26,197 nucleotides of DNA from a virus (Duplodnaviria; Caudoviricetes). The notes below the pieces were generated by a model. It was not told where the DNA came from, made no database searches, and saw nothing but the letters and a program-made list of their open reading frames with translations. The translations under genes and the position numbers were made by a program. Positions 1-6,414 of this stretch are shown here, piece after piece. How positions within the stretch are numbered: position 1 is the stretch's first letter; each line of letters opens with the position of its first letter. The stretch is from positions 1-26,197 of IMG/VR virus record IMGVR_UViG_3300025296_002718, one strand, 5' to 3'.

Positions 1-96
1 ACATTTGACGACTCATTCCGGTCATGGTGGGAAACTATTTTGGTGGACGAAGAGGGAGTATCTGGAGGAGACTTGCATTAACGTGCTCACTCTCAG

Positions 97-291
97 ATGG
101 GTAGAGTACCCGGAGATGCCATGCTAGAGAAGGTCTGTATTGACTTGCACCCAACAGGCATTAAGGATGAACACCAATACCATTGGTGGCATAGCTTCAG
201 GCCCAACCACCTACCTATATACAAGATTCTATTAAGCGATGGAACCTTTTGGGGATGGCGTAGTGGCTGGAGCTTATGGGGGTGGCGTTAG
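97..291 (+). CDS. Hypothetical small Trp-rich protein
   Basis: ORF on the coding strand abutting the next gene; alternative start at ATG 121 after GGAG; no recognisable motif. Confidence 0.35.
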   Translation: MGRVPGDAMLEKVCIDLHPTGIKDEHQYHWWHSFRPNHLPIYKILLSDGTFWGWRSGWSLWGWR

Positions 292-293
292 AC

Positions 294-1064
294 ATGCTAG
301 AAGCACGTAATAATAAGCCTCTGGGCCGCAAGAGCTATGGGTCTATTGGACACCTCCCTGGAAGTCGGCTCGGCCCAGGGGATCACCATGTGTCCCCAGG
401 GCAAGCGACCATCTGCACACAGAAAACCCGTGACTGCCACGATATCATCGTAGTACAGGAGAAACTTGACGGGTCGTGTACCGCAGTGACCCTCATCGAT
501 GGGGAGATAATCGCCCTCAACCGCTCAGGCTATCGGGCTACCACCTCACCCTATGAGCAGCACCACCTATTCGCTGACTGGGTACATTGGCGTGAGTCCG
601 AGTTTAGAATGATCCTGACGGAGGGCGAGCGTATCGTCGGTGAATGGCTGGCCCAGGCTCATGGTACACGCTATAACAATCTCACCGACCCTTGGGTGGC
701 TTTCGATATTTTCACCAAAGATAATGAACGGCTCGCCTATGATGCGATGGAGGCCCGCATCTGGGCTACCAAATTACATGTGCCTCGGCTATTACACTAT
801 GGTGATGCACTGCATTTTAATGGAGCCGTGTCTATAGAAAAAGTCTGGGCTAGGCTCACCGAACTGGGGAGTTCAGAGGGGAATATAGACCCGCCAGAGG
901 GCGCTGTGTGGCGTGTGGAGCGAGGTGGAAAGATAGACTTCCTCGCTAAGTGGGTGAGACCCGATAAGATAGACGGTCTGTACTTGCCAGAAATCAGTGG
1001 GAAACCCGCAGTCTGGAATTGGCGACTGAGAGCAACACGGAGAGATAAGCACTTATGTGGATGA
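294..1064 (+). CDS. ATP-dependent RNA ligase family protein (nucleotidyltransferase domain only)
   Basis: Ligase motifs in order: I QEKLDGS, III VGEW, IIIa VAFDIF, IV EGAVWR, V FLAKWV; no OB domain as in DNA ligases. Start could be 276. Confidence 0.85.
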   Translation: MLEARNNKPLGRKSYGSIGHLPGSRLGPGDHHVSPGQATICTQKTRDCHDIIVVQEKLDGSCTAVTLIDGEIIALNRSGYRATTSPYEQHHLFADWVHWRESEFRMILTEGERIVGEWLAQAHGTRYNNLTDPWVAFDIFTKDNERLAYDAMEARIWATKLHVPRLLHYGDALHFNGAVSIEKVWARLTELGSSEGNIDPPEGAVWRVERGGKIDFLAKWVRPDKIDGLYLPEISGKPAVWNWRLRATRRDKHLCG

Positions 1065-1221
1065 TGTTGTACGTGGTCTTTAGCATGGTATCGATGCTAG
1101 CAATGGGGATATTTGGCTTGAACCCCCAGAGGACAAGGGAACGAAGGCAACCCTCTGGGTGATCGGAATAGCAGGTGTGCTCTTATCAATCGTAATGCTT
1201 CTTGGCGTAGTGAAGATATAA
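1055..1221 (+). pseudogene. Frameshifted small two-TM membrane protein
   Basis: MWMMLYVVFSMVSMLAMGIFGLNP in one frame, PEDKGTKATLWVIGIAGVLLSIVMLLGVVKI* in another; one extra C in the C5 run at 1123-1127 joins them. Confidence 0.5.
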
Positions 1222-1242
1222 TCTGCCTGAAGATGTTGACTT

Positions 1243-1464
1243 ATGGCAACAGACAAAGATAGAATGAATTCAAGTGAGGCGATAGTTACGGCTTATCATC
1301 AACTGTTCAAGCCCTGCTACGAGCCCAGATGTAGGCGCTGTGGCAAGAAGATTCTTGAGGAAGTGCATGGGCGAGCTACGGTTCGATGTCGCCACTGCTC
1401 CGAAGTCAACTGGTTCATTGAACATATACAAGAGGATGGGATAGGTACTATAGTCCGAATTTAG
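1243..1464 (+). CDS. Com-like zinc-ribbon regulator
   Basis: RCRRCGKKILEE...TVRCRHCSEVN matches the Mu Com pattern (CxxCxK.L....I.CxxC...N); lies upstream of a mom homolog. Confidence 0.7.
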   Translation: MATDKDRMNSSEAIVTAYHQLFKPCYEPRCRRCGKKILEEVHGRATVRCRHCSEVNWFIEHIQEDGIGTIVRI

Positions 1465-1489
1465 CTAGCCTGACATAAGCACTAGTGGC

Positions 1490-1534
1490 CAAAGTGCCCG
1501 TAGTAAGCGAACCATCGCTTAAACGGGCACTTTG
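1490..1534 (+). promoter_or_regulatory. Long stem-loop between com-like and parB-like genes (terminator or regulatory RNA)
   Basis: CAAAGTGCCCGT (1490-1501) / ACGGGCACTTTG (1523-1534) perfect 12 bp; inner AAGCGA-ACCA-TCGCTT; followed by TGTTTT and the purine-rich RBS region of the next gene. Confidence 0.7.
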
Positions 1535-1563
1535 TGTTTTAGAGGGGACAGAATATTACATCA

Positions 1564-2202
1564 ATGGAGATACGCAACAGGGTCAAGGAGTTAAGGATGG
1601 TCAGTGCTTCTGACCTCATCCCTAACAGCAAGAACTGGCGGCGGCACCCTCGTGGTCAGCAGGATGCCCTACGGGGGATGATCTCGGAGATAGGTTTCGC
1701 TGATGCTCTGATCGCTAGAGACACGCCAGACGGCCTTCAGCTAATAGATGGGCATCTTCGCCAGGAGATTGTTGCTGCCAATCCTGGTGCGTCTGATGAG
1801 ATTCCGGTGCTTGTTCTTGATGTTACCGAAGAAGAAGCGGATAAGCTTCTGGCTACACTGGACCCACTAGCTGCGATGGCCGAAGCTGACAAGGATGCAC
1901 TGCAATCGCTACTTCAAGGCATCGAGACTGATAATGGGGTGGTGGAGCAGCTGCTATTAGATATCGCACAACGCACTGAAATCTTGATTGATAGTATTGA
2001 ATATCCAGAATTGCCAATGGGTGATAAACAACCATTCAAACAAATGACATTTACTTTACATGATGAACAACATGACATTGTTGAACGAGCATTAGCATTG
2101 TCTAAAGCTATGGCCCCATTTATGAATACTGGGAATGAAAACAGCAATGGAAATGCTTTAGCTCGGATTTGTGAAATGTTTGATGGCAAATATGGCGGTT
2201 AG
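1564..2202 (+). CDS. ParB/Srx-like N-terminal domain protein
   Basis: LIPNSKNWRRHP..Q..AL...I.EIGF...LIAR....QLIDGHLR, typical of phage ParB-like domains next to DNA-modification and terminase genes. Confidence 0.8.
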   Translation: MEIRNRVKELRMVSASDLIPNSKNWRRHPRGQQDALRGMISEIGFADALIARDTPDGLQLIDGHLRQEIVAANPGASDEIPVLVLDVTEEEADKLLATLDPLAAMAEADKDALQSLLQGIETDNGVVEQLLLDIAQRTEILIDSIEYPELPMGDKQPFKQMTFTLHDEQHDIVERALALSKAMAPFMNTGNENSNGNALARICEMFDGKYGG

Positions 2203-2986
2203 TGCTAAGGATATACGAGTGGCTCCTATTGCCCCAAAGATAGCGCATTACTTTGTGCAACGCTATCATTATAGTGGGAAAACTGTGAATAACAGTCAAC
2301 TCCATTTCGGCATATGGTTGGGAACGGTATTAATAGGGGTGATGCAGTTTGGCCCTTCTTTAGACAAAAGTAAACTAATTGGATTGGTTAGTGGTACTCG
2401 GTGGAATGAATTCCTTGAATTGAATCGAATGGCATGTGTAGATGATACACCTAAGAATACAGAATCACGGGCATTGGCTATAGCTATGCGGCTTATGCGC
2501 CAACATTATCCTTATGTCCAATGGATTATTTCATTTGCAGATGCTACGCAATGTGGTGATGGAACTATATATAGGGCATCTGGTTTTGTGCTAACGGGGA
2601 TTAAACGTAATACACAGGTCTGGTCATTGCCGGACCAGTCAGTATTCTTGCGGCTGGTGGCTACTGACACAAGGAGGCCTGCAAGACAGCGCCTATTGTC
2701 ACGAATAAGTGTGACAAAAGGCGAGCATATTCGTGATACAGGAGCAGCTTCCATGCGTCCTTTCATTGATGCTGGGGCAAAGCTATTATCAGGCTATCAA
2801 TTGCGTTATATTTACTTTCTTGATCCATCTGCCAGAGATCGTCTCACGGTGCCAATGATACCATTTTCCTATATTAAAGAATGTGGTGCATCTATGTATA
2901 AGGGTAAGCGTGTGAAGGACTCCAGCGAACCGCTGGCTAACCATGCCAGAGAGGGCGGGGCAGCACCGACCCACACGCTCCACTGA
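2192..2986 (+). CDS. mom: Mom-family adenine modification enzyme (GNAT fold)
   Basis: RYHYSGK, LIGVMQFG, FLELNRM, PKNTESRAL, WIISFADATQCGDGTIYRASGF motifs. ATG 2192 overlaps the end of the ParB-like gene; track start is 2171. Confidence 0.85.
   Translation: MAVSAKDIRVAPIAPKIAHYFVQRYHYSGKTVNNSQLHFGIWLGTVLIGVMQFGPSLDKSKLIGLVSGTRWNEFLELNRMACVDDTPKNTESRALAIAMRLMRQHYPYVQWIISFADATQCGDGTIYRASGFVLTGIKRNTQVWSLPDQSVFLRLVATDTRRPARQRLLSRISVTKGEHIRDTGAASMRPFIDAGAKLLSGYQLRYIYFLDPSARDRLTVPMIPFSYIKECGASMYKGKRVKDSSEPLANHAREGGAAPTHTLH
2908..2982 (+). ncRNA. tRNA-Gly-like element embedded in the 3' end of mom
   Basis: 75 nt. Acceptor GCGTGTG/CACACGC (7 bp) + T + CCA; anticodon arm CTGGC-TAACCAT-GCCAG (anticodon ACC); 4 nt variable loop; T arm GGCGG-GGCAGCA-CCG(A)CC; weak D arm. 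Confidence 0.75.
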
Positions 2987-3026
2987 TTACATGGTGAATT
3001 GAAAATCATATTATGGTGATTTGATT

Positions 3027-3464
3027 ATGGCTCTCACCCCAGAAAGACAGATGTATGTGCAACAGCGACGGGCTACCGTTGCTCAATTGTTCATGGCCCG
3101 TGTTTCTCAGCGTGAAATTGCCAAGCAGCTAGACGAGTCTGATGCGGTGATCTCCAATGATGTGAAGATATTGCAAGCAGCCTGGCAGAGAGCCATGATT
3201 GATGATCCTGTCAAAGAAAGGCTTCGGGAGCTCGCCGAGATAGACGACATGGAACGGTATGCCGCCTTGCAGTTAGTCCAGACCAGAGACGGTATCTGGT
3301 GGGACCGACGCCTCAGGGCCAAAGAGCGTCGGGCCAGGATGCTGGGGCTTGACGCTCCTTTCAAGATAGACAAGACTGAGAAAATTCATATTACGGTGGA
3401 AGAAATAAGACGTGACATCTCTGATAGAGTCGATAGCATCGCTGCCCGCCTCGGAACGAACTGA
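3027..3464 (+). CDS. terS: Terminase small subunit (HTH)
   Basis: N-terminal HTH (VSQREIAKQL..S...IS.DVK), RRARMLGLDAP motif, overlaps the start of TerL. Confidence 0.8.
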   Translation: MALTPERQMYVQQRRATVAQLFMARVSQREIAKQLDESDAVISNDVKILQAAWQRAMIDDPVKERLRELAEIDDMERYAALQLVQTRDGIWWDRRLRAKERRARMLGLDAPFKIDKTEKIHITVEEIRRDISDRVDSIAARLGTN

Positions 3465-4713
3465 GCTAATCAGTTCGCTTTCGGAGGACCAACTGAAGGT
3501 CCTGTCCAATGACTGGCGGTCATGGGCAAGGCCGGAGCAGATGGCGCCCGATGGGCAGTGGCAGACGTGGTTGATACGGGCAGGTCGGGGCTTTGGCAAG
3601 ACCAGGTCAGGTGCTGAATGGGTGAAAGAGCGAGTGGAAAGTGGGCTTGCAACTCGGATAGCTCTTGTTGGGCAGACTCCCGCTGATGTACGGGACATCA
3701 TGATCCAGGGAGAGTCGGGCTTTTTGAATATTTACCCCGATGGGCAAGCTCCCAAATATGAGCCATCAAAGCGACGGCTGACCTGGCCCAATGGTGCCTT
3801 TGCTCTGGCCTTCTCCTCATGGCGACCTGACCTACTCCGAGGTCCCCAGTTTGACACGGCCTGGTGTGACGAGGTGGGGAGCTGGAAATACTCTACGGAA
3901 ACATGGGATAACTTGCAGCTGTCTCTCCGTCTAGGCCCAGACCCCCGGTGTGTTGTCACGACAACCCCACGACCAATTGAAGTCCTCAGGAAGCTGATCG
4001 CTGACCCCCATTGCGTACAGACTACAGGCTCTACCTATGCTAACCGTGGTAACCTCCCGCCAGCATTTTTTGAGCGGATTGTTGCCACGTATGCAGGTAC
4101 GCAACGAGGACGCCAAGAAATTGAAGGGGAATTGTTGGATGAGGTTGAAGGGGCCCTTTGGAAACGGGCCTGGATAGAGGCAACTCGCTCACAGGGAGAG
4201 TTGCCTGATTTGGTTCGGGTAGCGGTGGGGGTTGACCCTGCGGGTACTGCGAAGGACACCTCTGACGAGACTGGCATTGTGGTGGCTGGCATTGATGCGA
4301 TGCAGCACATCTGGATTCTGGCCGATGGGTCGGGTCGCTATAGCCCTGATGGATGGGCTACGAGGGCCATAGAGTTAAATGACCGTTTTGAGGCCAATAA
4401 TATTGTTGGTGAGTCAAACTTCGGTGGCGACATGGTCGGGCACACGATTCGGACCACAGCGACAAAACTGAAGCGCAGCATCGCGTTCAAGGGTGTCCAT
4501 GCTTCTCGGGGCAAGCGCATCAGGGCGGAGCCTGTTGCCGCTTTATACGAGCAGGGACTGGTACATCACTGGGGCTCATTCCCTGCGTTAGAGGACCAGC
4601 TATGTAATTGGGATGCCTATGCAGGGGAGAAATCCCCTGACCGGTTAGATGCTATGGTCTGGGCCGTGACCGCGATTATGGGCCGGACCGGAGGCATCGG
4701 GTTGTACACGTGA
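3412..4713 (+). CDS. terL: Terminase large subunit
   Basis: Walker A AGRGFGKT, LRGPQFDTAWCDE Walker B, VTTTP motif III, nuclease VGVDPA and SPDRLDAMVWA. Confidence 0.96.
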   Translation: MTSLIESIASLPASERTELISSLSEDQLKVLSNDWRSWARPEQMAPDGQWQTWLIRAGRGFGKTRSGAEWVKERVESGLATRIALVGQTPADVRDIMIQGESGFLNIYPDGQAPKYEPSKRRLTWPNGAFALAFSSWRPDLLRGPQFDTAWCDEVGSWKYSTETWDNLQLSLRLGPDPRCVVTTTPRPIEVLRKLIADPHCVQTTGSTYANRGNLPPAFFERIVATYAGTQRGRQEIEGELLDEVEGALWKRAWIEATRSQGELPDLVRVAVGVDPAGTAKDTSDETGIVVAGIDAMQHIWILADGSGRYSPDGWATRAIELNDRFEANNIVGESNFGGDMVGHTIRTTATKLKRSIAFKGVHASRGKRIRAEPVAALYEQGLVHHWGSFPALEDQLCNWDAYAGEKSPDRLDAMVWAVTAIMGRTGGIGLYT

Positions 4714-4724
4714 AGGAGTAGCCA

Positions 4725-4853
4725 ATGCCAAACATCGAAGGAACATCTAAACCTATTGGAATGTCAATACAGGAGGCCGTCGAAGAAGCCGCGCGCATCA
4801 GTGTTCTCGGTGCTTACCAGGATGCCGGACGTGGTAAGAACCGAACCCGGTAA
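4725..4853 (+). CDS. Hypothetical 42-aa protein (not in ORF track)
   Basis: AAGGAG RBS 6 nt upstream; MPNIEGTSKPIGMSIQEAVEEAARISVLGAYQDAGRGKNRTR*. Confidence 0.4.
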   Translation: MPNIEGTSKPIGMSIQEAVEEAARISVLGAYQDAGRGKNRTR

Positions 4854-4879
4854 ATACATGGCCCTGACAAAGAAGTCAA

Positions 4880-5833
4880 ATGATTAACCAACGAGAAAAG
4901 CTAACAGCCCGCTCCACTGGCCTGGGCTCTCAAACTGTAGGGCCATTCCCCATCGACACAGTTCAATTGAAAGACTGTGTTGAAGGGATGCGACAGATTC
5001 CAGATAGCTCTGTTGATCTAGTTATAGCGGACCCGCCCTATAACGCTAGCAAAGGAAGTGTGTGGAAGTGGGACAACTCGGTCAAATTGCCTGGATTCGG
5101 GGGCGATTGGTCAAAAATAATGGCTGATTGGGACGACATGCCATTGGCTGACTATTTGACTTTTACTATAGCCTGGCTATCAGAGGTCAAACGCATCGTA
5201 CGTCCAACAGGTTCGATTTGGGTGCACGGCACCTTTCATAACATCGGTATCATCAACTTCGTGATGCAGTTACTTCAAATCGAGATTATCAACGAGGTTG
5301 TTTGGTATAAGAGGAACAGCTTCCCGAATTTGTCAGGAAGGCGTCTTACCGCTAGCCACGAAACGATGCTATGGGCGCACACTGGTGGGAAGAAGAGGCA
5401 CTACTTCTTCAACTACGAAGTAGCCAAGGCTTCAGGTATTAACGGGGATGCCCTGAAAAAGCCAGGGAAGCAACTGCGCACAGTGTGGGATATTCCCAAC
5501 AACAAAGAACGCCGTGAGCTTGCCCACGGCAAACATCCCGCTCAGAAGCCCCTGCGCCTGTTGAAACGGATGCTGGAAATCTCAGCGATGCCTGGCGACA
5601 TCGTGGTTATTCCGTTTGCTGGGTCGGGGTCAGAGTGCGTGGCTGCCAAGGACCTAGGCATCCATTTCCTCGGTTTCGAGAACGACCCAACTTACCTGGA
5701 CATCTGTCGGCATCGGCTTGAAGATAGCTGCCCAAGCGTAGTTGGTCTTCCATCGTTCAACCCCGCTCCGGTGAACAACGGCGCTCAATTGATGCTGCTA
5801 TCGCAGCAGACTCGCGGGTGGCGGAATAGGTAG
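4880..5833 (+). CDS. Orphan beta-class N6A/N4C DNA methyltransferase
   Basis: Catalytic ADPPYN N-terminal, HPAQKP, SAM-binding PFAGSGS C-terminal (beta order); no cognate REase nearby. Confidence 0.93.
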   Translation: MINQREKLTARSTGLGSQTVGPFPIDTVQLKDCVEGMRQIPDSSVDLVIADPPYNASKGSVWKWDNSVKLPGFGGDWSKIMADWDDMPLADYLTFTIAWLSEVKRIVRPTGSIWVHGTFHNIGIINFVMQLLQIEIINEVVWYKRNSFPNLSGRRLTASHETMLWAHTGGKKRHYFFNYEVAKASGINGDALKKPGKQLRTVWDIPNNKERRELAHGKHPAQKPLRLLKRMLEISAMPGDIVVIPFAGSGSECVAAKDLGIHFLGFENDPTYLDICRHRLEDSCPSVVGLPSFNPAPVNNGAQLMLLSQQTRGWRNR

Positions 5834-5877
5834 ACGCTAATCAGGTGAAGGAGAATTTGCTCGGTGTAGCGATACGA

Positions 5878-5990
5878 TGCGGGCAGAACCGTCCAGATTG
5901 GTATGGTAAGACGGACGGGCAAGAAGTAAAACGAGGCGACATCACACGCGCCTATCCTCACTATCCAGGGTGCAAATCCCTGGCCCGCTT
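5878..5990 (+). ncRNA. Intergenic tRNA-like/T-loop structured RNA
   Basis: GCGGGC (5879-84)/GCCCGC (5983-88) closing stem; T-arm CAGGG-TGCAAAT-CCCTG; internal stems CCGTCC/GGACGG and AGGCG/CGCCT. Confidence 0.5.
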
Positions 5991-6015
5991 ATGAAAACTA
6001 AAGGGAGCGTGATAT

Positions 6016-6402
6016 ATGCCAGACGGCACACAGGAGTATAAGTACGTTGACTCATTCGAGATAAGCATCGACCCCTGGCACGGCGCGAGGCTTTCATTCG
6101 GTGCACGATCACCGGCTGGAGTAGACTCAGAAGGGAATCCACGTTCTGTCTTACATGAACACTCCCATGTTGTGATGCCTGCACGTCATTTCAAGGCTAT
6201 GGTGTTTATCATGGCGAAGCATATGAAGAAGTATGAGCAACAGAGCGGGGACAATGTCGGTCTCCCTGCCGAGTTGCTGTCAAACGCAGCAAGTGCTTCT
6301 GTTGAGGAGTGGCGCAAATTCTGGGGTGAAACTCAGTGGGGTGTTGGTCAATTGGATGAGTCTATACCCGGCACTCCTGCTGAACAAGTTGCTCCATCAT
6401 AA
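6016..6402 (+). CDS. DUF3467-like protein
   Basis: Y.DSFEI......RLSFG ... HVVM.ARHFKAM...M...MKKYEQQSG resembles the DUF3467 pattern; GGAG RBS. Confidence 0.55.
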   Translation: MPDGTQEYKYVDSFEISIDPWHGARLSFGARSPAGVDSEGNPRSVLHEHSHVVMPARHFKAMVFIMAKHMKKYEQQSGDNVGLPAELLSNAASASVEEWRKFWGETQWGVGQLDESIPGTPAEQVAPS

Positions 6403-6414
6403 GGCAGGCTATAG

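Noticed and set aside
1-127. Partial upstream CDS
   Set aside because: Two frames are open from the window edge (stops at 81 and 127); cannot choose.
1236-1265. TTGACT-18-TAGAAT promoter-like match
   Set aside because: Overlaps both candidate start codons of the com-like gene; cannot be resolved from sequence alone.
2908-2982. Canonical translational tRNA-Gly(ACC) gene
   Set aside because: Lacks U8, U33, the TTC T-loop and a proper D stem, and lies inside a CDS; kept only as a tRNA-like element.
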